This document shows positions 38,560 through 47,340 of a stretch of 64,000 nucleotides of DNA, piece by piece; within the stretch, counting starts at the first letter, position 1, and each line of letters starts with the position of its first letter. The notes under the pieces were generated by a model. It was not told the DNA's origin. It searched no databases and worked only from the letters and a program-made list of their open reading frames with translations. Position numbers and translations under genes: made by a program. The stretch lies in contig JAAFKE010000004.1 in assembly GCA_013298215.1 (NCBI GenBank), positions 54,014 to 118,013 of the forward strand. Direction: 5' to 3'. The stretch is from Cytophagales bacterium (GTDB lineage: Bacteria > Bacteroidota > Bacteroidia > Cytophagales > Spirosomataceae).

Positions 38560-40803
38560 CTACAAACTCAACAACCCCACTTTTTTTAGCGTGCTGATGG
38601 GTTTATTGTACCAAAACATCTCGAAATGCGCCAGGCCAGCGGCTTCGTAGTGGTCTTTCACTTGTTGGAGGGTCAGTAGCTTTGCGTTTTGTGGCATAAG
38701 TTTTTCCAGTATTTCACTCAGCCAAATACCCTGTGCTTCGCCCACTTTGAAGCTAACTGTTTGTTTTTTGTCGTAAAAAGTAAGCAGCACCGTACTGCCC
38801 TTTTTGGTGAGCGGGGCGGGTTGAACAAGCGGCTTTTTGCCCAGCCAAACTACCTTACTGGTGAGCCGCAGGTCAAAATTTTCGTCGGCCAGTAGGGCCT
38901 GCTCAATGCAATTTGGGGCAACTGTGGTGGGTGGCACTTCAAAATCGAACCATTTTTGGAGTGGGTACTCAAAACAAACGCCGTGCATGTAGTTGAGCAA
39001 CGATTTTTTGAGTCCGTAACTAAACGCGTCGTGGTCGGCACCCGTTGGGTCGGTGTGTACGATGTCGTTGTTGGCAAAAGTACCCACCGCATTGGTCTGT
39101 TTTCTGACCCCAAACTGTTCGGGAAACATCCCCACTGGGCTGTGGGCGGTCATGGCAAACTGGTGCCAAAAGCCCGACTGCAACACGCCCTGCTCAAACA
39201 TTTGGCGCACCATTTCCAACGAATCGACGGTTTCTTGGGCCGTCTGAGTCGGGAATCCGTACATCAAATAGGCGTGTACCATCACACCCGCGTCCGTAAA
39301 ATTGCGGGCCACTTGCGCCACCTGTGCCACCGTAACTCCCTTCTGAATAAGTTCGAGGAGGCGGTCGGAGGCAACCTCCAAGCCACCCGAAACGGCCACG
39401 CACCCCGACGCTTTGAGCAGCACGCAGAGGTCGCGGCTAAAACTTTTCTCGAACCTGATGTTCGTCCACCACGTTACCGATATTTTTCGGGCAATAATCT
39501 CCAAGGCCAACGCGCGCATGAGGGCGGGCGGGGCGGCCTCATCCACAAAATGAAAACCATTTTGCCCCGTTTGGGCCATCATTTCCTCCATTCGGTTGCA
39601 GAGCAAAGTGGCCGTTACTGGCTCGTAGAGTTTGATATAATCCAACGAAATGTCGCAAAAAGTACACTTGCCCCAGTAGCAACCGTGCGCCATGGTGAGC
39701 TTGTTCCAGCGTCCGTCGCTCCACATTCGGTGCATGGGGTTCACTACTTCGATAACCGACACGTAGCGGTCTAACCACAAATCTGAGTAGTCGGGCGTGC
39801 CGACCTCGGACTGTTTGTAGTCTTTTTTGAGGGAGTTATTTTTGTAGACCACCCGCCCATTTTCCAAAATAAAAGTGCGTTTGAGAGCCCCCCCCGCCCT
39901 GCGCGGGTCCGCCCCCAGTGGGGGAGCTTCCTCGTTTTTAACTCCCCCTCTGGGGGCGGGGGGGGCTACTTTTATTATTTCTTCAATCGGTGCTTCGCCG
40001 TCGTCGAGGGTAATGTAGTCAAAAAACTCAAAAACCCGCGCGTCAGATACCGACCGCAGCTCGGTGTTGGCAAAGCCGCCGCCCATGGCTATTCTTACGC
40101 CAGGATGGTGTTGTTTTATCCACTGGCCAATCCGAAAAGCACTGTACAAATTGCCAGGAAACGGCACGGTTATGGCCACGAGTTGGGGCTGGACGGCGGC
40201 CATCCGCTGGGCCAAAATCCGAACCAGTTGGTTGTCGATGTAGGTATAATCTTGCTGCAAGGCGGCATAAAGCTCATCAAAACTGTTGGCCGACCGCCCC
40301 AAACGCTCGGCGTAGCGGCTAAACCCGAAATGAGGATCGACGCACTCGGTTATAAAGTCAGCAATGTCTTCTAAGTAGAGCGTGGCCAGGTGCTTGGCTT
40401 TGTCGTGCGTACCCATCGTGCCAAACGCCCAATCGAGGTCTTCTTCCAACTGATCGAAACGAGACCCTTGCGGCAAAAAATCTCCTTGGCAAATAACGTG
40501 CGACAACGTGGGATTCTTGCCCTGCAAAAACAGCATCGTCGCATCGATGGTCTGGATGTAATCGTCGCGCAGGGCCAAAATGCGCGCGGCCGCAAGCCCC
40601 AGCCCCTCCAAAGAAACTGGTGGCACGAGCAAATCTGTGAGACCTTGTTTTGAGAACAACGCCAAGATAACCTCAATGCCCAGATCGGCCTGAAAACAGC
40701 TGACGTTTTTTGTGTTTAAAAAACCTTTGATGTAGGCCGTTGCGGGGTACGGCGTGTTGAGCTGCGTGAAAGGGGGCGTTAGCGCAAGAACGGTGTGTTT
40801 CAA
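38560..40803 (-). CDS. large B12-binding-domain radical SAM protein of unknown function
   Basis: B12-like N-terminus after the proposed TTG start at 40803 (MKHTVLALTPPFTQLNTPYPATAYIKGFL). Cluster motif GCYWGKCTFCD and rSAM core (GFHFVDEAAPP, VSGGLEVASDRLL). The start is uncertain: GTG at 40827 is also possible. The ATG at 40923 would overlap the divergent gene's ATG. Confidence 0.7.
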   Translation of the reverse strand: MKHTVLALTPPFTQLNTPYPATAYIKGFLNTKNVSCFQADLGIEVILALFSKQGLTDLLVPPVSLEGLGLAAARILALRDDYIQTIDATMLFLQGKNPTLSHVICQGDFLPQGSRFDQLEEDLDWAFGTMGTHDKAKHLATLYLEDIADFITECVDPHFGFSRYAERLGRSANSFDELYAALQQDYTYIDNQLVRILAQRMAAVQPQLVAITVPFPGNLYSAFRIGQWIKQHHPGVRIAMGGGFANTELRSVSDARVFEFFDYITLDDGEAPIEEIIKVAPPAPRGGVKNEEAPPLGADPRRAGGALKRTFILENGRVVYKNNSLKKDYKQSEVGTPDYSDLWLDRYVSVIEVVNPMHRMWSDGRWNKLTMAHGCYWGKCTFCDISLDYIKLYEPVTATLLCNRMEEMMAQTGQNGFHFVDEAAPPALMRALALEIIARKISVTWWTNIRFEKSFSRDLCVLLKASGCVAVSGGLEVASDRLLELIQKGVTVAQVAQVARNFTDAGVMVHAYLMYGFPTQTAQETVDSLEMVRQMFEQGVLQSGFWHQFAMTAHSPVGMFPEQFGVRKQTNAVGTFANNDIVHTDPTGADHDAFSYGLKKSLLNYMHGVCFEYPLQKWFDFEVPPTTVAPNCIEQALLADENFDLRLTSKVVWLGKKPLVQPAPLTKKGSTVLLTFYDKKQTVSFKVGEAQGIWLSEILEKLMPQNAKLLTLQQVKDHYEAAGLAHFEMFWYNKPISTLKKVGLLSL
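39886..39967. repeat. 82-nt GC-rich palindromic element embedded in-frame in the radical SAM CDS
   Basis: Perfect 14-nt terminal inverted repeats: AGCCCCCCCCGCCC (39886-39899) and GGGCGGGGGGGGCT (39954-39967). Internal C5-N3-G5 hairpins at 39912-39924 and 39944-39956. It is translated as APPAPRGGVKNEEAPPLGADPRRAGGA. Confidence 0.75.
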
Positions 40804-40921
40804 GATATGTTGGTTGAATGAATCCACAAAAATACAAAAATTTAGGTGTGCCTGCCACCCAGCTTTCCAACCAATCGGGGGCGGGGTGCGTCTTGCCAAT
40901 AAATCTAAAATTTTTATTTCC

Positions 40922-42238
40922 ATGAAACGATCACTCCTGTATTTTTTGTTGCTGGGTTCGGTCATAAACTGGTCGTGCCAAGACCGCTGCCAGCAAACTC
41001 GGACGTTCCGCAAGTTTACGTCCGTCAAAATTCCGATTGCCGAGCTCCGCACTTCGTTTGCTGTTGAGGCCCCGCGCGAGCCGCAAGAGCCTGGTAAAAT
41101 TTACGTAAAAGACAACTACTTGTTTATCAACGAGATAAAACAGGGTGTGCACGTGTACGACAACAGCAACCCGTCGGCTCCGCGTGCAATGGCGTTCTTG
41201 AAAATTCCTGGCAACGTGGACATTGCCGTTTTAGACAATTTTTTGTACGCCGACACCTACACCGACCTGCTGGTATTGGACATTACCAACCCCGCAACGG
41301 CCCGCGAGGTGAAACGGGTGGAGTTTGCGACCAGGTTTGGCACATTTGCCCGAACGTCGTGGAGTTATAATGAGACCGACCAGAATATTTACACCCAAAA
41401 AGAAGAAATACTGACCGAAACAGCGCAAACCGACTGCGACGGCAACTTATCGCTGTGGCCCTACTTTGCCCCCATCTGGTACTTTGGGCGGTTCTACGGT
41501 GCGTTCGAGTATGGATTCATGTCGGGCAAATCCCAGTCGTTCGGGGCAGTAATAAACGACGGAGGTTCTTCGGGAACGGGCGGTTCGATGGCGCGGTTTA
41601 CGATTGCCAAGGAGCACTTGTACGTGGTGGGCAGCTCCGAATTGCAGGATTATGACCTAAAAAATCGCGCAAACCCCGTGAAAGGCAGCAAAATATCCCT
41701 CGGTTTCGGCATCGAAACCATCTTTCCGTACAAAAATCAACTCTACATTGGCTCGCAAACGGGAATGTACATCTACGACGTAACCAAACCCGAGGCACCC
41801 GAAAAACTGTCGTTCTACCAGCACGTGCGCGCCTGCGACCCCGTGGTGGTGCAAAACGACGTGGCCTACGTGACCCTGCGAAACAACAGTAGTTTTTGCG
41901 GAGGCACTCAAAACGTCCTCGATGCCATCGACGTGGCCGACCCCCGCTTTCCCAAAATAATAAAATCGTACCCCATGACGGGACCCTATGGTTTGGGCGT
42001 GGACGGACAGCGTATTTTTGTTTGCGAGGGCAAAAACGGCCTGCGAATTTTAGACCTCAGCCGAGGGCCCTCTAACATTACCCAAACGCAGGAGTTCAAA
42101 AACGTGGATGCCTTCGATGTAATCCCGCTCAACGGAACGCTCATGCTGGTGGGCCAGGGTGGCCTTTTGCAGTACGATTATTCGGGCGGGAAAGACCTCA
42201 AATTAATAAGCAAAATCAGTGTAAAACCTTTGTTCTGA
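40922..42238 (+). CDS. LVIVD-repeat beta-propeller lipoprotein
   Basis: I use the ATG at 40922 (MKRSLLYFLLLGSVINWSC, a lipobox-like signal). Repeats include VHVYDNSNPSAP, LLVLDITNPATA, MYIYDVTKPEAP and LRILDLSRGP. Confidence 0.65.
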   Translation: MKRSLLYFLLLGSVINWSCQDRCQQTRTFRKFTSVKIPIAELRTSFAVEAPREPQEPGKIYVKDNYLFINEIKQGVHVYDNSNPSAPRAMAFLKIPGNVDIAVLDNFLYADTYTDLLVLDITNPATAREVKRVEFATRFGTFARTSWSYNETDQNIYTQKEEILTETAQTDCDGNLSLWPYFAPIWYFGRFYGAFEYGFMSGKSQSFGAVINDGGSSGTGGSMARFTIAKEHLYVVGSSELQDYDLKNRANPVKGSKISLGFGIETIFPYKNQLYIGSQTGMYIYDVTKPEAPEKLSFYQHVRACDPVVVQNDVAYVTLRNNSSFCGGTQNVLDAIDVADPRFPKIIKSYPMTGPYGLGVDGQRIFVCEGKNGLRILDLSRGPSNITQTQEFKNVDAFDVIPLNGTLMLVGQGGLLQYDYSGGKDLKLISKISVKPLF

Positions 42239-42243
42239 CAACC

Positions 42244-42876
42244 ATGAAAACCATTTCTTTCACCCTGCTCATTGCTGTTTGTTTGACCACCATAAACTGC
42301 TTTGCCCAACGTAAATGGGTGAACATCACCGAGATTGGCGCACAATTGGGCAGAATACAAGCCAACAGCAACCCCGATTACTCAAACCTTTTGGGAAGCA
42401 GTAGCTCTTTTGCGCCTACACCCGGCAGGTACACCACACTACCCCCAAATTATGGCGTGAACCGCAACAATTTGAGCATCCAGACTTTCAACGGGGTGCA
42501 GCTGAAAAACAGCCTTACGCCTGGCATAACTTTGGGGGCAGACTGGTACGGCAACTCCCAGTTTTTTCCAGTTATGGCCGCGCTCAGGGGCGACATTCTA
42601 AAAAAACAGCGGCGAATTTCGCCCTACTATTCGGTCGATGCTGGCTACGGGTTTAGGGGCTTCGGCTACGGTTCCGACCTGCACGGAGGCTTGGCTTGGA
42701 GTGCGGGCGGTGGTTTGCGCATCAATACGGGCAACAAAACGGGCCTCGTAATTGGGGTGGCCTACAAGCAACAAAACGCCGTTTATAACACGCCCGTCGA
42801 TGGGATTTATACCATATCCCAGCGCGAAACCCGCGTGTACAACCGCCTGGCGCTGCGGATGGGCATTTGTTTTTGA
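42244..42876 (+). CDS. small outer-membrane beta-barrel protein
   Basis: Signal peptide MKTISFTLLIAVCLTTINCFAQ, alternating Gly/aromatic strands and a terminal F. The gene starts 5 nt after the LVIVD gene. Confidence 0.5.
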   Translation: MKTISFTLLIAVCLTTINCFAQRKWVNITEIGAQLGRIQANSNPDYSNLLGSSSSFAPTPGRYTTLPPNYGVNRNNLSIQTFNGVQLKNSLTPGITLGADWYGNSQFFPVMAALRGDILKKQRRISPYYSVDAGYGFRGFGYGSDLHGGLAWSAGGGLRINTGNKTGLVIGVAYKQQNAVYNTPVDGIYTISQRETRVYNRLALRMGICF

Positions 42877-42942
42877 GGTTCTGGAAGTTGGGTATTTGTT
42901 TGCCAGAGGTTGCTTAGTTTGCAAAATCGTGAGGTGTTCCCA

Positions 42943-44295
42943 CTACAAATGCAGCAGCACGTGGGCAATGCCAAAATAGGTGCTGATGCCCACCAGATCG
43001 TTGGCGGTGGTAATAAACGGCCCCGACGCAATGGCGGGATTTATGCCTACTTTATCCAACAGCAGCGGCGTGATGGTTCCCATAAACGAAGCCAACACCA
43101 CCACCGCCAGCAACGACGTAAATACAACCCAAAACAGCTGCGGCTCGCCAATCAGGTACACGTACAAACCCGCCAACGAGCCAATAATCAGTCCATTTAG
43201 TGCCGCCACCGTGCTAATTTTGAGCAACCGCTGCCCCAAACCAGTGGTTATCCCCGATTTTTCGGCCAAACTCTGCACAATGAGCGACGATGTTTGAATG
43301 CCCACATTGCCGCCCGTCGAGCCCATAATCGGGATAAAAGCCGCCAGGGCGGCCATTTGGCTGAGTTCGTTCTCGAACTGTTTTATAACCGTGGCCCCCA
43401 TCAAACTGCCCACCACCCCAACTACCAACCACGGCAGGCGGGCTTTGGCCAGTTCCCAAACGGAGTCGTCTTCTTCGGCTTCGCCAGTTATACCCGATAT
43501 GGCTTGCAGGTCTTCTTCGGCCTTTTCGGTAATAAAATCCACCATGTCGTCAATCGTGATGCGCCCCAGCAGACGGCCCTGCACATTTACCACTGGGATG
43601 GCATCTAAGTCGTAGCGCTGCATGAGCTCGGCCACCTCCTCGCCCGAGCGGGTGGTTTCCACAAACACAATGTCGTCGGTGACGATGTTGCCAATTCTGG
43701 TATTTTTGCGGGCCAACACAATTTGTTTCAACGACACAATGCCGAGTAGTTTCTGGTCATCGTCCACCACATAGACCGCATACACTTTTTCTACTTCCTC
43801 GGCCTGCCGCCGTATTTCTTCCACGCACTCACTGACGGTGGAGCTGGCGTTTACTTTAATGAGTTCTTTCTGCATCAACCCGCCCGCCACGTCGTCGGGG
43901 TAGTGCAACAAATCCAAGATAAAACGCGCCTGGTCACGGTCTTCGAGCAGGGCGATCACCTCTTCGCGCACCTGAATGGGCTGCTCGTTGAGCAAATCGA
44001 CGGCATCATCCGAGTCAAGTAAATCGACGTACTGAGCAATTTCTTCGGACGTAAAGTGGTCTTTCAACAACGCTGTCCGTTCGTCGGCATCAATATTGGA
44101 GAGTATCTCCGCGCCAATTTCAGTATCGACCAATTGCAACAAATAATGCGCCTGGCTGCCGTCGAGTTCATAAAGCAGGTTGGCAATATCGGGCGGAAAT
44201 AGTTCGTCGAGTTCAGATTTTAGCTGCGCACCATCCTGCTGGCCAATGGCCGTCACAATCATTGTCACGTACTCTTTGGTTAGCTCAAAGTTCAT
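42943..44295 (-). CDS. mgtE: magnesium transporter MgtE
   Basis: MgtE N-domain, tandem CBS domains, and a TM domain with GSTGGNVGIQ and GPFITTANDLVG. Confidence 0.9.
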   Translation of the reverse strand: MNFELTKEYVTMIVTAIGQQDGAQLKSELDELFPPDIANLLYELDGSQAHYLLQLVDTEIGAEILSNIDADERTALLKDHFTSEEIAQYVDLLDSDDAVDLLNEQPIQVREEVIALLEDRDQARFILDLLHYPDDVAGGLMQKELIKVNASSTVSECVEEIRRQAEEVEKVYAVYVVDDDQKLLGIVSLKQIVLARKNTRIGNIVTDDIVFVETTRSGEEVAELMQRYDLDAIPVVNVQGRLLGRITIDDMVDFITEKAEEDLQAISGITGEAEEDDSVWELAKARLPWLVVGVVGSLMGATVIKQFENELSQMAALAAFIPIMGSTGGNVGIQTSSLIVQSLAEKSGITTGLGQRLLKISTVAALNGLIIGSLAGLYVYLIGEPQLFWVVFTSLLAVVVLASFMGTITPLLLDKVGINPAIASGPFITTANDLVGISTYFGIAHVLLHL

Positions 44296-45080
44296 TAGCT
44301 CCAGTAGTTAGTCAGTTCTACAAATTGCGCCACGTTGAGTTGCTCGGCGCGTTTTTCTAAAAGCGGATTGTCGGTAATGGCATCGGGTAGGGTTAGTATT
44401 TTTAGGGCATTTCGGAGGGTTTTTCGGCGTTGGTTGAACCCCGCTTTGACGACCTTAAAAAACATTTTATCGTCGCAACCCAACCCGTTGGCATCGTTTA
44501 GCCGCAGGCGGATAACCCCCGAATTTACTTTTGGGGGCGGGTTAAACGCGCCAGGGGCCACGCTAAAAACGTACTCAATGTCGTAGTAGGCTTGCAACAA
44601 CACACTCAAAATGCCGTACTCTTTGTTGCCTGGCGGCGAGGCTATTCTTTTGGCAACTTCTTTCTGCAACATACAGATCACCTCGGGCACGCGGGCGGGG
44701 TTTTCGAGGATTTTAAAAAAAATTTGCGACGAAATATTATAGGGAAAATTACCAATAATGGCCAGCGGGTCTTCGGGTTTTGAGCCAGCGATGGGTAGGG
44801 TATCCAAGTCCATTTTCAAAAAATCGCCTTCAATAATGCGTCCATCGAGGGCAGGAAAATGCGTTTTCAGGTACTCCACCGACTCGCCATCGATCTCAAT
44901 AACGTAGGTCTGGTACTGCGCTTTGGGCAAAATATACTGCGTCAATACGCCCATTCCTGGGCCTATTTCGAGCACGGTGCGGTAGTTTCGGTGGCCCGAA
45001 AGTAAATCGGCAATTCGTTTAGAGGCAGTCAAATCGCGCAAAAAATGCTGACCAAGGTGTTTTTTGGGAGTTACTTTCAT
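44295..45080 (-). CDS. rsmA: 16S rRNA (adenine1518/1519-N6)-dimethyltransferase
   Basis: KKHLGQHFL, VLEIGPGMGVLT, IIGNFPYNISSQI. The stop overlaps the mgtE ATG by 1 nt (TAATG). Confidence 0.9.
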   Translation of the reverse strand: MKVTPKKHLGQHFLRDLTASKRIADLLSGHRNYRTVLEIGPGMGVLTQYILPKAQYQTYVIEIDGESVEYLKTHFPALDGRIIEGDFLKMDLDTLPIAGSKPEDPLAIIGNFPYNISSQIFFKILENPARVPEVICMLQKEVAKRIASPPGNKEYGILSVLLQAYYDIEYVFSVAPGAFNPPPKVNSGVIRLRLNDANGLGCDDKMFFKVVKAGFNQRRKTLRNALKILTLPDAITDNPLLEKRAEQLNVAQFVELTNYWS

Positions 45081-45110
45081 GCCCTAAAATTAGGGTAATT
45101 TTAGGGTTTT

Positions 45111-45803
45111 TCAAGCCAAGACTTCGCGCAAGACTGCCAGCGACTTAATTTCGCCGAAGTTTTCGAGGTGAATTTTATAGAAATACACCAACGTTTCCAC
45201 AATCTCGTTTCGCCGTTGCCGATCTACGTGCAGATTGGCGCCGAAGGGAGCGTTGATACAATCGTTCAGAATACTTTGCCCGATTGCGTCGGGCAGTGCC
45301 ACAAAACGGGCATCTCGCAACTGGTTCAGCATCTCGGAGGCACTTTGCGCGCCAAAACCCAGGTAAAAAGCGTACTTAGACAAAAAAAGGAGGTGGAAGT
45401 CGGCCACGTTTTCGGTGGTATTTTCTAAGAACAAGATGGCATCCTCCAAAAAATCGAAAAGGGACGAATTATTTTCTTCTTCGCGCAGGGTTTTGTACAT
45501 GATCTCGGAAATAAAAATGGCAATGCTCGACTTACCGATCTCGAACGGTAAACTCCTAAACGGATACCTGCACTTGGCCTCCGAGATGCGGTGCAGTGTT
45601 TGGTCTTGGCGGTGGTAAACTACCAGATCGAGCAACGTGAGGGGCTGGAACAGCGCGATCCGATTGGTTTTGGCTTTGCTGCTCCGCACCCCATTGACGA
45701 TGTAGGACTGAAGGCCAAAGGCTTCGGTGTATATTTTTACGATTACCGAGCTTTCGCGGTAGCGAATATAATTAACGACGATGCCACGGGTTTTGTGGAG
45801 CAT
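45111..45803 (-). CDS. recO: DNA repair protein RecO
   Basis: N-terminal OB fold MLHKTRGIVVNYIRYRESSVIVKIYTEAFGLQSY. Size and layout are typical of Bacteroidota RecO. Confidence 0.8.
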   Translation of the reverse strand: MLHKTRGIVVNYIRYRESSVIVKIYTEAFGLQSYIVNGVRSSKAKTNRIALFQPLTLLDLVVYHRQDQTLHRISEAKCRYPFRSLPFEIGKSSIAIFISEIMYKTLREEENNSSLFDFLEDAILFLENTTENVADFHLLFLSKYAFYLGFGAQSASEMLNQLRDARFVALPDAIGQSILNDCINAPFGANLHVDRQRRNEIVETLVYFYKIHLENFGEIKSLAVLREVLA

Positions 45804-45881
45804 TTTTTAGATCAAATTGCTAATTGTTGCTGGGCTTTAAAACACAAAACACCGTGGCAGCCGGGCTACCCCAATCCCCAG

Positions 45882-45940
45882 CCCTTTCCCCAATAGGGAA
45901 AGGGGGTTGTAAAGGCGTTTCCTGTGTCCCCACAGGAAAC
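45882..45940. repeat. two GC-rich hairpins in the recO upstream region
   Basis: CCCTTTCCC-CAATA-GGGAAAGGG (45882-45904) and GTTTCCTGTG-TCCC-CACAGGAAAC (45917-45940). Confidence 0.7.
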
Positions 45941-45989
45941 GATGTACCTACGATTTTGCTTGTCAGCAACGATGTATTTTTACTTTACT

Positions 45990-46068
45990 TTTACTTGTCA
46001 GTGAGGACACTGACAAGGGCTCACTGACAAGGGCGGGTTTACTTGTCAGTGAAGACACTGACAAGGGC
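45990..46068. repeat. 2.5 copies of a 27-31-nt palindromic repeat (REP-like)
   Basis: CTTGTCAGTG-AGGA-CACTGACAAG-GGC (45994-46020), an orphan arm CACTGACAAG-GGC (46022-46034), and CTTGTCAGTG-AAGA-CACTGACAAG-GGC (46042-46068). Confidence 0.8.
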
Positions 46069-46084
46069 ATTGAATAGCCCCCAG

Positions 46085-46585
46085 TTAGGGTTTAAGCACC
46101 AAAGTGCTGGCTATGATGTCGTGTAATCCCTGCTTTTTTTCGGTGAAAGCCGCCATAATGTAGCCAATCATCAACACCAAGGCCGACACAAACCTACCCA
46201 CGTAGCGCAGCAAAGCAGTAACCACGGTGATGCGCCCGCCATTGAGGTCGGTTACGATAATGCCCATGGCGAGCTTGCCCACGGTGGCTTGTTTGACCGA
46301 CGATTCCATCAGAATAAAATACGCACCCCCTATGAGCAAGTTTACGAGCTGGGCAACGCCCAAAGCCCCAGACATGGCCCCAAGCATGGCTAATTTTTCG
46401 GAGTCGGTCATGTTTTCGAGATCGTCGGGCGACACGCCTGCCGCCACGCCAACCCCGGCGATACCCAAAATCGGCAACACCACGAACGATTGGGCAACGC
46501 CTACTAAAATTCCATCGATGATAATGGCTACCAAACGACGGCCAAAACTGGCGTAGTTGGTGGGGAGGGTAGTTAGGTTTTCCAT
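46085..46585 (-). CDS. RDD-family membrane protein
   Basis: ASFGRRLVAIIIDGILV..., KQGLHDIIASTLV. I use the ATG at 46585 (MENLTTLP...). Confidence 0.7.
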   Translation of the reverse strand: MENLTTLPTNYASFGRRLVAIIIDGILVGVAQSFVVLPILGIAGVGVAAGVSPDDLENMTDSEKLAMLGAMSGALGVAQLVNLLIGGAYFILMESSVKQATVGKLAMGIIVTDLNGGRITVVTALLRYVGRFVSALVLMIGYIMAAFTEKKQGLHDIIASTLVLKP

Positions 46586-46653
46586 AAAAAAATTGGGTTT
46601 AGCGGATGATAAATGAGCGTTTGAGAATGTAAACAACAAAACCTACCTTACAT

Positions 46654-47325
46654 TTGCAAGCACAAACTAATATTTTAATAACATTGAATTTTTTACCCCA
46701 GGACATCGAGGCATACAGCAAAGCCCACACCACGCCTGAAAGCGACTTGTTGAGCCAACTAAACCGCGACACCCACGCCCACGTGCTGCAGCCGAGAATG
46801 TTGTCGGGGCATTTGCAGGGGCGTGTTTTGAGCATGCTTTCTTGGATGTTGCGCCCACAACGTATTTTAGAAATCGGAACTTACACTGGTTATTCGGCCC
46901 TGTGTCTGGCCGAAGGACTGGGTACAGGCGGAAAGCTCATTACGATTGATGCCAACGAGGAATTAGAGAGCTTTGTGCGCACGTTTTTTGGCAAATCGCC
47001 GTTGTGTTCAAAAATTGATTACCGAATCGGACAGGCCCTCGACATCATTCCTACGCTCAACGAAACGTTTGACCTCGTTTTTATTGACGCTGACAAGCTG
47101 AATTACGCCAATTATTACGACTTATGCCTCCCAAAACTGCGCTCTGGTGGCTACATCGTGGCCGACAATGTGCTTTGGAGCGGAAAAGTGACCCAAATAG
47201 ATAAAAGGTTAGATAAAGACAGCCAAAATTTAGTAGATTTCAACCTCAAAATACACGAAGATTCACGGGTTGAAAACGTCCTGTTGCCAATTAGAGATGG
47301 TTTAATGATAGCACGAAAACTGTAA
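46654..47325 (+). CDS. class-I SAM-dependent O-methyltransferase (caffeoyl-CoA OMT-like)
   Basis: ILEIGTYTGYSALCLAEGL and FDLVFIDADKLNYANYY motifs. Non-ATG start; the exact start is uncertain (TTG at 46654 or 46684). Confidence 0.75.
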   Translation: MQAQTNILITLNFLPQDIEAYSKAHTTPESDLLSQLNRDTHAHVLQPRMLSGHLQGRVLSMLSWMLRPQRILEIGTYTGYSALCLAEGLGTGGKLITIDANEELESFVRTFFGKSPLCSKIDYRIGQALDIIPTLNETFDLVFIDADKLNYANYYDLCLPKLRSGGYIVADNVLWSGKVTQIDKRLDKDSQNLVDFNLKIHEDSRVENVLLPIRDGLMIARKL

Positions 47326-47340
47326 ATTTTCAATTACAAG

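Noticed and set aside
40921-40924. CATG shared by divergent ATG codons of the rSAM and LVIVD genes (head-to-head overlapping starts).
   Set aside because: This would leave no promoter space for either gene. A TTG at 40803 gives an rSAM N-terminus (MKHTVLALTPPF) typical of B12-domain proteins and a 118-bp divergent promoter region.
45990-46068. Possible CRISPR array.
   Set aside because: There are only 2.5 repeats. The repeats are themselves perfect palindromes, the spacers are 1-10 nt, and there are no cas genes. This is REP-like, not CRISPR.
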